64,000 nt of DNA. It comes from an uncultured Prevotellaceae bacterium (GTDB lineage Bacteria > Bacteroidota > Bacteroidia > Bacteroidales > Bacteroidaceae). Both the position numbers and the translations under genes were made by a program. Below the pieces are notes generated by a model that saw nothing but the letters and a program-made list of their open reading frames with translations, made no database searches and was not told where the DNA came from. The stretch is from the NCBI GenBank assembly GCA_902762325.1, contig CACWNV010000020.1, positions 23,523 through 87,522 on the forward strand, written 5' to 3'. This document shows, in pieces, positions 1 through 7,872 of this stretch. Position 1 is the first letter of the stretch; each line of letters starts with the position of its first letter.

Positions 1-734
1 CAGATCCAGTCGCCGAGAATCAGCATACGTGCCCGTCCTTTTTCATGCAGCTCATTGCCGTTCTTATCATCCTTTATCGGCTTGTTCAACATCAGGTCAA
101 GCTCGATGTGGCGATGTCCGTAAATGAAGTAATCGATGTTGGGATGCGACTTGATGTATTCCTTCGTGTAAAGGACAAGATACTCCTTGTCTTCTCCCAT
201 ATAGGGTTCCTCCTTCCCGTCTGCACGTTTCATTCGCGAATGCCGAGCCCAACTCAGTCCCAACTGCATGCCCCATCGGGGATGGACAAAGTTTAGCAGT
301 TTCTGACAGAAAGGATTATGAAACATCTTACGCAAGAACTTGAATTGTGAATCCGGGTCGCCCAACCCGTCACCATGCGCAAGGTAGAAGACCTTTCCAT
401 ATATCTCCAGTGTCGTGGGCTGACGATGCAGGAGAACACCACACTCCTCCTCAAGATAGCCATAGGTCCAGATGTCATGATTGCCCGTAAAGAAGTGGAC
501 ATCGACTCCCATGTCTGTCAGCTCGGATATCTTACCGAGGAAACGGGTGTAGCCTTTGGGGACTACATACTTGTATTCATTCCAAAAGTCAAACATATCG
601 CCCAGCAAATAAACGGCACTTGCCTTATGCTTGATGCTGTCAAGGAAGCGCACCAGCCGCCGCTCCTGCATCCGGGCATGCGGGATGGCAAGAGAACCCA
701 GATGGGCATCTGAAAGGAAATATATATTTTTCAT
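1..734 (-). CDS. lpxH: UDP-2,3-diacylglucosamine diphosphatase LpxH; C-terminus runs off the window start
   Basis: Own translation of minus strand from ATG 734..732: MKNIYFLSDAHLGS...LGDMFDFW...FFTGNHDIW...AHGDGLG...YGHRH. These are metallophosphoesterase motifs in LpxH order. Absent from the ORF track because there is no stop inside the window. Confidence 0.8.
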   Translation of the reverse strand, partial: MKNIYFLSDAHLGSLAIPHARMQERRLVRFLDSIKHKASAVYLLGDMFDFWNEYKYVVPKGYTRFLGKISELTDMGVDVHFFTGNHDIWTYGYLEEECGVLLHRQPTTLEIYGKVFYLAHGDGLGDPDSQFKFLRKMFHNPFCQKLLNFVHPRWGMQLGLSWARHSRMKRADGKEEPYMGEDKEYLVLYTKEYIKSHPNIDYFIYGHRHIELDLMLNKPIKDDKNGNELHEKGRARMLILGDWI

Positions 735-735
735 A

Positions 736-1041
736 TCATTCGAATCCTAATTCCACACGAGCTTCTTCAGACATCATGCTCTGATCCCATGCGGGCTCAA
801 AGACCAGGTTGACGGTCGCCGACTTCACACCTTCTACGCTCTCAACCTTTGTACGCACATCCTCCAGGATAAAATCTGCCGCAGGACACGATGGGGCTGT
901 AAACGTCATGTCGATCTCTACATTTCCATCATCATCTACATCCACACGGTAAATCATTCCTAAATTCCAGATGTCAACAGGTATTTCAGGGTCATAGACT
1001 GTCTTCAGGACATCTACTATTCGCTCTTCTATCATTGCCAT
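736..1041 (-). CDS. DUF59 / SufT-like Fe-S cluster assembly protein
   Basis: 101 aa; VYDPEIPVDIWNLGMIY...FTAPSCP motif typical of the DUF59 (MIP18/SufT/PaaD-like) family. Confidence 0.8.
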   Translation of the reverse strand: MAMIEERIVDVLKTVYDPEIPVDIWNLGMIYRVDVDDDGNVEIDMTFTAPSCPAADFILEDVRTKVESVEGVKSATVNLVFEPAWDQSMMSEEARVELGFE

Positions 1042-1079
1042 TTCTTTTTTCTTTTCAATGTTATCAACTTACGCTGCCA

Positions 1080-1853
1080 TCAGTTCATCTCCTTGGCAAG
1101 CACTGCCTCTAACTCCTCTGCCGAGAGTCGTAGCCGGAAATCGCCCTTGATGGCAACAGCTATACGTCCGGTCTCCTCACTCACCACGATGGCAATGGCA
1201 TCGCTGTCTTGCGACATGCCAAGTGCAGCCCTGTGGCGAAGACCTAATTCCTTGGGAATATCAAGATTGTGGGACACCGGAAGAATACAGCCGGCAGCCT
1301 TGATACGCTTCTTCGAGATAATCATTGCACCATCATGCAAAGGGGAGTTCTTAAAGAAGATGTTCTCAATCAGACGCTGGTTGATGTTGGCATCGATACG
1401 GTCGCCCGTGTCCACAATATCATCCAGAGGAGCACCCCGCTCAATAACAATCAGAGCACCGACTTTCTGGCGCGACATGTTCATACATGCCAGCACAATC
1501 GGCATGATCGTCTCCTTGTCTTCCTCTTGTTCCTTCTTGTTTGAATTAGTAAAAAAGGAATACAACGACTTGAATCGCTGATGGGCACCAAGAGAATACA
1601 GAAACTTTCTGATTTCTTCCTGGAAGAGAACAATTAATGCGATGACACCGACACTGACCAACTTGTCCATGATGGAACCCAACAGCTTCATCTCAAGCAC
1701 CTGACTCACAAACAGCCAGACAACGACAAAAATCAGAATGCCGCTGAAGACATTAAGTGAACGGCTCTCCTTCATCAGCCGATAGATGTAGTAAAGCATC
1801 ATGGCAACCAGCAGGATGTCGATTAAATCTTTTAACCCGAAATCAAAAGGCAT
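1080..1853 (-). CDS. cdaA: Diadenylate cyclase CdaA (c-di-AMP synthase), membrane-anchored
   Basis: 257 aa; three N-terminal TM helices, then a DisA_N/DAC domain (GALIVIE...DGAMII...HRAALG...SEETG). Confidence 0.88.
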   Translation of the reverse strand: MPFDFGLKDLIDILLVAMMLYYIYRLMKESRSLNVFSGILIFVVVWLFVSQVLEMKLLGSIMDKLVSVGVIALIVLFQEEIRKFLYSLGAHQRFKSLYSFFTNSNKKEQEEDKETIMPIVLACMNMSRQKVGALIVIERGAPLDDIVDTGDRIDANINQRLIENIFFKNSPLHDGAMIISKKRIKAAGCILPVSHNLDIPKELGLRHRAALGMSQDSDAIAIVVSEETGRIAVAIKGDFRLRLSAEELEAVLAKEMN

Positions 1854-1884
1854 TGTTCTATATTTTTGATATTTTTGTCATTTG

Positions 1885-2715
1885 TTACTTCGAAGCATTC
1901 AGTTTCTGCATCAGGCGCACCGTTTCGACAGCCTCGCGCACATCATGTACCCGAAGGATGGAAGCTCCTTTCTGCAAAGAAAGCGTATGAAGAACCGTCG
2001 TTCCGTTTAAGGCTGTATCTGGAGTACCGTCCAACACCTTCCATATCATGCTTTTACGGGACACGCCTACTAACAGAGGCAACCGCATGACCTGTAGTTT
2101 CTCCAGTTCTGTCATGACGGCATAGTTCTCCTCAACGGTCTTCCCGAAGCCGAAACCCGGGTCGAGGATGATGTCTTTCACTCCGAGCGCATGCAGCCGG
2201 TTCACCTCTTCAGACCAATGAATCAGCATGTCATGAATGGTGGGTTGAACAGACATAAGGATATAGGGGACACCCAGCTCTGCCACCGTCTCAAACATCG
2301 ACTCCCTGACATCAAGAGGCGTGTTGACAATCCCAGTCTTTCCTCCCTCGCTCACGTCGTTGATGATATCCGCCCCCCACTCTTCCACGCATCGGCGAGC
2401 CACGCGGGAACGATAAGTGTCCACACTGATCATCACATCAGGGAGGACATTCCGGACAACGGCAAGTGCTCTTTGCAACCGATCCGTCTCTTCTTCCTCA
2501 CTGACAAGTGACGCTCCCGGACGGGTGGAGAATGCACCGACATCAATGATGGAGCCTCCCTCGGCAACAATCTGCAAGGCACGCTGCGCTATCTCCTCTT
2601 CCGTCTGTTTTCTACTACCGGCAAAAAAGGAGTCTGGTGTGGCATTGAGAATGCCCATCACTTGCGGCTGGCTCAAGTCGACAAGTCGGCCTCGGACATT
2701 GATTGAATAATCCAT
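1885..2715 (-). CDS. folP: Dihydropteroate synthase
   Basis: Pterin-binding domain motifs (GILNATPDSFF, IIDVGAFSTRPG, INDVS, DPGFGFGK). Start moved to MDYSINV; the upstream 18 aa of the track ORF look non-native. Confidence 0.9.
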   Translation of the reverse strand: MDYSINVRGRLVDLSQPQVMGILNATPDSFFAGSRKQTEEEIAQRALQIVAEGGSIIDVGAFSTRPGASLVSEEEETDRLQRALAVVRNVLPDVMISVDTYRSRVARRCVEEWGADIINDVSEGGKTGIVNTPLDVRESMFETVAELGVPYILMSVQPTIHDMLIHWSEEVNRLHALGVKDIILDPGFGFGKTVEENYAVMTELEKLQVMRLPLLVGVSRKSMIWKVLDGTPDTALNGTTVLHTLSLQKGASILRVHDVREAVETVRLMQKLNASK

Positions 2716-2793
2716 TCTGGACGCAAAGATAATGATTTTCGGACTAATAACAAAAAAACAAGTTGTCAAATAGGTTTTATTCTTTTTTTTTCA

Positions 2794-2801
2794 TACCTTT
2801 G
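2794..2801 (+). promoter_or_regulatory. Bacteroidota sigma-A -7 box TAccTTTG upstream of murF
   Basis: Exact match to the TAnnTTTG consensus, 24 nt before the murF ATG. Confidence 0.45.
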
Positions 2802-2824
2802 CCCCTGTCTTAATCAAAGTATTT

Positions 2825-4180
2825 ATGGATATCAAGCAACTATATCAATTATATCAGAAAAACCCCGTCATCACAACAGACTCCCGGAACTGTCCTGAAG
2901 GCAGTATCTTCTTTGCCTTGAAGGGGGCATCGTTCGATGGTAATCTGTTCGCCATCCAGGCTCTGGAGAAGGGATGTGCATACGCCGTTATCGACGACCC
3001 GCAAGTGGCTGAAGATAAACAAGCAGAGGAAAAAGGACTCCATGACCGCCTGATTCTGGTTGACAATGTCCTCCGGACGTTTCAACAACTGGCACGTGAG
3101 CACCGCAGACAGTTCAACATCCCTGTTGTGGGAATCACCGGTACGAACGGAAAGACCACGACAAAGGAACTCACGAATGCTGTGTTGTCGGAGAAATACA
3201 ATGTGCTTGCCACGCAAGGAAACTTCAACAACGACATCGGCGTGCCGAAGACTCTCTTCAATCTGAAGCCAGAGCATGAGGTTGCCATCATTGAAATGGG
3301 TGCCAGTCACCCTGGAGATATCAAGGTTTTGGCGGAGACGGCAGAACCGACATGCGGCATCATCACCAACGTGGGAAAAGCACACCTGCAAGGCTTCGGC
3401 TCATTTCAGGGCGTCATCAGCACGAAGGGAGAACTATACGACTTCCTAAGCAGCAGAGAGGAAAGTGTCATCTTCATTGATGCAGATAATCAATACCTGA
3501 CAGACATCCTTCCAGACAATGCGTGGGTAACTCCCTACACTACGAATGAGAACAATGCAGAAGGATGTGTCTGCGGTCAACTGGTGGCTTGTGACCCGTA
3601 CCTGAGATTCAAATGGAGAGAGTCCGGGCTCGACCTTGAAGACCGTGAGGAAGAACCTGTATGGTATGAGGTGCAGACAAAGCTCATCGGATCATATAAC
3701 CTGGGCAATGCACTGGCTGCTATCACCATCGGACTCCAGTTTGCCATCGAACCGGAAAAGATATGTCATGCGCTGGAGAATTACACTCCGACCAATAACC
3801 GTTCACAACTCATCACGACACCTCATAATCATCTTGTGATGGATGCCTACAATGCCAATCCCACTTCTATGGAAGCGGCACTGACAGACTTCAGCCACAT
3901 GGAAGTGAGTCCTAAGATGGCAATCATCGGAGAGATGCGTGAACTGGGAGAAACAAGCCGTGAGGAACATGGCCATATCGTCAAAGTGCTCAAGCGATTG
4001 AAGTTCGACAAAGTATGGGTGGTGGGTGACGAGTTTGCCAACATCAAGTGCCATTTCCGTAAATTCCATGATGTCGAGGAAGTGAAAGCTGCCATCGCTG
4101 AGGAACAGCCTCAAGGCTACTATATCTTTATCAAAGGTAGCAATGGAAACAAGCTGTCTCAATTGCAAGAGGTACTATAG
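2825..4180 (+). CDS. murF: UDP-N-acetylmuramoyl-tripeptide--D-alanyl-D-alanine ligase
   Basis: 451 aa; Mur ligase P-loop [20 protein letters not shown], and a C-terminal Mur ligase domain. Confidence 0.92.
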   Translation: MDIKQLYQLYQKNPVITTDSRNCPEGSIFFALKGASFDGNLFAIQALEKGCAYAVIDDPQVAEDKQAEEKGLHDRLILVDNVLRTFQQLAREHRRQFNIPVVGITGTNGKTTTKELTNAVLSEKYNVLATQGNFNNDIGVPKTLFNLKPEHEVAIIEMGASHPGDIKVLAETAEPTCGIITNVGKAHLQGFGSFQGVISTKGELYDFLSSREESVIFIDADNQYLTDILPDNAWVTPYTTNENNAEGCVCGQLVACDPYLRFKWRESGLDLEDREEEPVWYEVQTKLIGSYNLGNALAAITIGLQFAIEPEKICHALENYTPTNNRSQLITTPHNHLVMDAYNANPTSMEAALTDFSHMEVSPKMAIIGEMRELGETSREEHGHIVKVLKRLKFDKVWVVGDEFANIKCHFRKFHDVEEVKAAIAEEQPQGYYIFIKGSNGNKLSQLQEVL

Positions 4181-4192
4181 TATATAAACAAC

Positions 4193-4222
4193 AAGCCTTG
4201 GAAGAATCATCCTCCAAGGCTT
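4193..4222. terminator. Hairpin between convergent murF and tRNA-Phe
   Basis: AAGCCTTGGA / TCCAAGGCTT 10-bp stem with a 10-nt loop; flanking U-runs are weak on both strands. Confidence 0.4.
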
Positions 4223-4254
4223 AAATAAATTCAGCAAGCTAACGGCTTAGATAG

Positions 4255-4327
4255 TGGTACCTCCAGGAATCGAACCGGGGACACACGGATTTTCAGTCCG
4301 ATGCTCTACCAACTGAGCTAAGGCACC
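4255..4327 (-). tRNA. tRNA-Phe (anticodon GAA)
   Basis: Minus-strand read GGTGCCTTAGCTCAGTTGGTAGAGCATCGGACTGAAAATCCG...GGTTCGATTCC...AGGTACCA. The cloverleaf folds by eye; anticodon loop CUGAAAA; no encoded CCA. Confidence 0.9.
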
Positions 4328-4346
4328 CTTTAATCTTATTGCGGTG

Positions 4347-4354
4347 CAAAGATA
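4347..4354 (-). promoter_or_regulatory. -7 box TAtcTTTG for tRNA-Phe
   Basis: Plus-strand CAAAGATA is TATCTTTG on the minus strand, about 20 nt upstream of the tRNA 5' end. Confidence 0.5.
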
Positions 4355-4418
4355 CGGATTTTTATGCTAATCCACAAATTTTTCTGTAAAAAAATGCACG
4401 TTTTTCATTTTTTTGCTG

Positions 4419-4426
4419 TACCTTTG
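4419..4426 (+). promoter_or_regulatory. -7 box TAccTTTG for tRNA-Pro
   Basis: TACCTTTGCA, the same extended motif as upstream of tRNA-Glu, 31 nt before the tRNA 5' end. Confidence 0.5.
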
Positions 4427-4457
4427 CACCCGCAAAAGCGAAAAGCTCCTTGCGGAG

Positions 4458-4530
4458 CGGGATGTAGCGCAGTTGGTAGCGCACTACGTTCGGGACGTAG
4501 GGGTCGGGCGTTCGAGTCGCCTCATCCCGA
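4458..4530 (+). tRNA. tRNA-Pro (anticodon CGG)
   Basis: CGGGATGTAGCGCAGTTGGTAGCGCACTACGTTCGGGACGTAG...GGTTCGAGTC...CATCCCGA. 7-bp acceptor stem, anticodon loop UUCGGGA. Confidence 0.88.
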
Positions 4531-4535
4531 CTTTT

Positions 4536-4580
4536 AAGAGGTCTAACTGATAAGATTGTCAGCGGCCTCTTATTTTTTTA
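4536..4580 (+). terminator. Rho-independent terminator after tRNA-Pro
   Basis: AAGAGGTC...GGCCTCTT stem (plus inner CTGA/TCAG) followed by ATTTTTTTA. Confidence 0.6.
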
Positions 4581-4700
4581 TTCCGCTATTATTAGCATAT
4601 TTTGAATTCCACACACTCTAAAGCTTCACGTACATAGATTTCGGCCTGCTAAACTATCAGTTTTGTTTAATAGCAAAGTTAAATTTAGTATTTCCCTCTG

Positions 4701-4747
4701 AAAAAAGAAAACCGTCTAGAATCTCTCTGCTTACAAGATTCTAGACG
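4701..4747 (-). terminator. Terminator of the 4804..5349 lipoprotein gene
   Basis: CGTCTAGAATC / GATTCTAGACG 11-bp stem; on the minus strand it is followed by TTTTCTTTTTT. Confidence 0.65.
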
Positions 4748-4803
4748 ATTTCAAAGGTTTCATTTTTGCATTTAGCTAATGTTTATATACAGACTTTTTT
4801 GTT

Positions 4804-5349
4804 TTAAATTGTTATACCATATTTTCCACTTATAACTACAGATTTTTTTTCATAGAACATTGTAACTTTAAATATACCGCAAACTTGAACGCCATACTTA
4901 GTTTTATTAATTGAGGTAACTTGATGAGATCCACTTTTAAGTTTATAATCATTGTCATCCTTCTTGTACGAAGGGTACAAGCATAAATTCTCTGGTTCAT
5001 CGTCTATCGAGATCACAGCTCCAACCCCATAGTTTCCAAGACTTGATGAAAGCAACTTGTCAATATTCTTTGAATGTGTCAATGCCAAGAAAAAACTAAA
5101 ACCATCATCATCAAATACATCTTCTGTCATAGCTGTTACAACCATGTCTTTTTCTCCTATTCCAGCTTCCACATATATACCAATCATTTTCTGGAAATAG
5201 GTCTTCCCATTAATAGTTACTTCAATGAAATCGCTAGTGTCATATAATTTATCATTAATTTCATCATCTTCACTACCACCGCAAGCAGTTAAACTCAAAG
5301 CTGTTACCATCATGGCTAGCATCAAAATCTTAGAATACAGTTTCTTCAT
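4804..5349 (-). CDS. Hypothetical lipoprotein (orphan, AT-rich islet)
   Basis: 181 aa; signal peptide plus lipobox LSLTAC-GG; no family recognised; visibly AT-rich codon usage compared with neighbours. Confidence 0.6.
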   Translation of the reverse strand: MKKLYSKILMLAMMVTALSLTACGGSEDDEINDKLYDTSDFIEVTINGKTYFQKMIGIYVEAGIGEKDMVVTAMTEDVFDDDGFSFFLALTHSKNIDKLLSSSLGNYGVGAVISIDDEPENLCLYPSYKKDDNDYKLKSGSHQVTSINKTKYGVQVCGIFKVTMFYEKKSVVISGKYGITI

Positions 5350-5634
5350 AATTGTAATGTTGATTAGATTAATTAAATAATTCTATATATTCTCAATAAT
5401 GGATGTCTCATAATTTCTCTTTATGTGGTATCTATTGGGGACTACAAAACTACAAAAATATTTCTACATACGATTTTAAAATGCAAATTTTCTACATACA
5501 ATTTCTTCCATTTTGCATATTAAAGAAAAGCTGTGGAATATAATAGTTAAAAAAAGAGTATTTATATCAATGGATTACTCTAATAGCAGAGTAAATATCT
5601 TGAATTGTTAAATCTTCATTCCTTACTACAAGTT

Positions 5635-5679
5635 TTCGTAGTAGATATTTCCACAATACGAAAATTCGTAGTATATTTG
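5635..5679 (+). promoter_or_regulatory. Promoter with duplicated operator-like motif upstream of the small-ORF pair
   Basis: TTCGTAGTAgATATT (5635-5650) and TTCGTAGTAtATTTG (5665-5679) are direct repeats. The second lies in the perfect palindrome TACGAAAATTCGTA and overlaps the -7 box TATATTTG (5672-5679). ATG at 5704. Confidence 0.45.
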
Positions 5680-5703
5680 CAGTACCTTAAATTAATATTA
5701 AAC

Positions 5704-5862
5704 ATGAAACAAGAATTAGAATGGGTGCAGTTAACATCAGAAGAAATAGATCTGATTGCAGCGATACGAAATTATAACAAATCGTACCCCGATGGTTACC
5801 CAGAATTACTATGGTATGCACAACAGTTGTTTGACAACATGCTCCGTCAGCCATACAATTAA
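5704..5862 (+). CDS. Hypothetical small protein (52 aa)
   Basis: First ATG after the predicted promoter: MKQELEWVQLTSEEIDLIAAIRNY... No family recognised. Confidence 0.4.
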   Translation: MKQELEWVQLTSEEIDLIAAIRNYNKSYPDGYPELLWYAQQLFDNMLRQPYN

Positions 5863-5897
5863 AACAAAAACAAAGTACAATCATAAAAAAGAACGAT

Positions 5898-6155
5898 ATG
5901 GAAGAAATGGTTTTAGAATGCCCAACATTGGTAACTGATATGAAGAAGAAAGTGAAGGATATTCAGATGGCAATATCCTGGCGTGATTTCGCCAACACTT
6001 ATTTTCAGCGTTCATCCTCATGGTTCTATCACAAGATGGACGGTATAGACGGAAATGGTGGTGTAGGCGGATTCAGCAAAGAAGAAGCCGAGCAGATGCG
6101 TGGTGCTTTGATAGACTTATCTAATCGCATTCGCAGGGCTGCAGAGAATATTTAG
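5898..6155 (+). CDS. Small protein resembling the DUF5053-type proteins of Bacteroidales mobile/phage regions
   Basis: 85 aa; ISWRDFANTYFQRSSSWFYHKMDGIDGNGGVGGFSKEEAEQMRGALIDLSNRIRRAAENI matches my memory of that family (needs an HMM check). Confidence 0.5.
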   Translation: MEEMVLECPTLVTDMKKKVKDIQMAISWRDFANTYFQRSSSWFYHKMDGIDGNGGVGGFSKEEAEQMRGALIDLSNRIRRAAENI

Positions 6156-6276
6156 GTGAGACCTTCTTTTGTGTTATTTTTGTCAATTATTCTTGTGAGA
6201 TGGATTACAGAATAGAGTTTGATGAAAAATGGGATAGATTATCTGTGTATAATAACATCAAACCGTAAGTTGAAAT

Positions 6277-6680
6277 ATTGTCAAGAAATATTCGAATTTT
6301 GAGCCCAAAAAACAGGGGGTATTGCTCACGAAAGAGTCATTCGGTCGAAAAAACGCCATTTTTTGATGTTTTTCGTAATTCACTGATTGACATATAGTTA
6401 CACGGATTTACAACTGTAAACGGGCGGTTTACAAAAAATGAATTTGCCAAAGGTATCGTTTTGGTGCGCGAAAGGTAAGGTTTCGTCGTGTGAAAGGTTA
6501 TGTTTGAGGCGGTGAAACATGGTCTTTGGCGCGGTCAAAGGTAAGGTATGGGGGTGAGAAACCTAAGCTTTCGCAAAATCAGGAATGAAGAATGATGAGC
6601 GAAGAAGTGGTTTTTACAGATTTTAACTTCTCTTTCATCACTTTTCGCCGACAAGTTTTTGTCAATATATTTGGTAAAAT
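6277..6680 (+). repeat. Copy 1 of a ~400-bp interspersed non-coding element
   Basis: Aligns by eye along its whole length with 32021-32425 and 53361-53765 (shared blocks TATTCGAATTTT, GTTACACGG, TTTGCCAAAGGTA, GTTTCGTCGTGTGAAAGGT, ATGTTTGAGGCG, GAATGAAG, TTTTGTCAA). Confidence 0.85.
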
Positions 6681-6719
6681 AAAAAAAGCCGAATGACAAG
6701 ATTCGGCTTTTCCTTTTCA
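6675..6719. terminator. Bidirectional hairpin terminator downstream of the 6763..7749 gene
   Basis: AAGCCGAAT / ATTCGGCTT stem; A-run on the left (a U-run for the minus-strand transcript) and TTTTCCTTTTC on the right. Confidence 0.6.
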
Positions 6720-6762
6720 CCACCCTTGCGGCAGTACGATATTCTCTACATCGTGCGCCTGT

Positions 6763-7749
6763 TCAAACAACGGGGATATTTTGCTTAGCAAACGCTATGA
6801 ACTCGTCAACATACGGACGGATGGTTTCCACGCCTCCCTGCATTGTCGGGATGGCATAGCTCTGTCCTTGCAGGCCTACGCCCTGCCCCATGATGGCACC
6901 AAACTTGCGGAAGGCAACGTATGCAGCACCACCGCCATGCATTCCCTTCAGATTGCTGCCAAAGACGAAAATCTCGTTTGGCTGTAGTTGTGTGATAAAC
7001 TCTGGTGTTGTTCTTTTCTGTTCCATATCTCCTGATATTGTAATTTCCATTTCTTTGTAAGCCACTTGCGCTGCAGAAGAACCTTTGTCGTAACGCATGA
7101 CACTTGGCATTGCTCCCGATGCCTCCTCGTAGACAACCATTCGCTCGTCCATTACCTCCGGCATGTCTAAGTCCATGTCGAAATATTTCTTGAAGTACGG
7201 TATGACAATCTCCTCTTTCAGCTTCTTGTACTTCTGCGAAATGGCCGAAGGAGTCATTCCCATCTGCTCTGCTATCTCCTTCCCCTTGAATCCCTGCAAC
7301 AGCATCATGTTAATGATAAGCCTGTCCTGTCGGCTCAACGGAGCATGGTCACAAATATCCTCCACCATCCGATTGAACTGTAAACGCAAGTCGCTGGTCA
7401 TGTCAAACGACTGCAGATAGTCTTCAAAGGTGATCGTCCCGTATTCCCGGTGGTACCATTTCAGCGCATCGAGCACCACGAAGCGGAACCCGTTGATAAT
7501 CCATGTCTTCAGACTGACCTCCGGCGAATGGTTCTCCAGAGGCTTCCAGTTGTGCTCCATCAGATAGATTGCATATTGGTGTGCCAGTGACATGAAATCC
7601 AAGTTCTCCTTTTCACTCAACTGATAACGCTGGTCGAAGACGTAATAGCCCGCCCGGCAATATCCATAGAAGTATTCACGGAAGATGTCGGCATCACCCC
7701 TACGGAAGCCCTCAATGATTCTTTTGTCTGAAAGACGCTGATGGTACAT
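6763..7749 (-). CDS. Fusion protein: sigma-70 region-4-like HTH plus a C-terminal SLOG/LOG-like domain (GSNxxGxHGGGAA...GQSYAIPT) that ends early
   Basis: LSRQDRLIINMMLLQGFKGKEIAEQMGMTPSAISQKYKKLKEE is a sigma70_r4/LuxR-type HTH. NEIFVFGSNLKGMHGGGAAYVAFRKFGAIMGQGVGLQGQSYAIPT matches my memory of the A1S_2505-type phage non-structural (SLOG-like) family. Start set at MYHQRLSD. Confidence 0.6.
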   Translation of the reverse strand: MYHQRLSDKRIIEGFRRGDADIFREYFYGYCRAGYYVFDQRYQLSEKENLDFMSLAHQYAIYLMEHNWKPLENHSPEVSLKTWIINGFRFVVLDALKWYHREYGTITFEDYLQSFDMTSDLRLQFNRMVEDICDHAPLSRQDRLIINMMLLQGFKGKEIAEQMGMTPSAISQKYKKLKEEIVIPYFKKYFDMDLDMPEVMDERMVVYEEASGAMPSVMRYDKGSSAAQVAYKEMEITISGDMEQKRTTPEFITQLQPNEIFVFGSNLKGMHGGGAAYVAFRKFGAIMGQGVGLQGQSYAIPTMQGGVETIRPYVDEFIAFAKQNIPVV

Positions 7750-7872
7750 AGTCAATGAATTTGCCGCTAAATTACAAAAAAATTGCATACGAGCTTAATT
7801 TTTCTTCAAAATCATCTTCTAAGAGATAAAGAAAGTTTTTCAAATAGTATTCAACTTTTAAATAATTAGATT

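Noticed and set aside
6535-6723. 62-aa ORF inside element copy 1
   Set aside because: The frame is not conserved in copies 2 and 3, which have stops and indels, so the element is non-coding.
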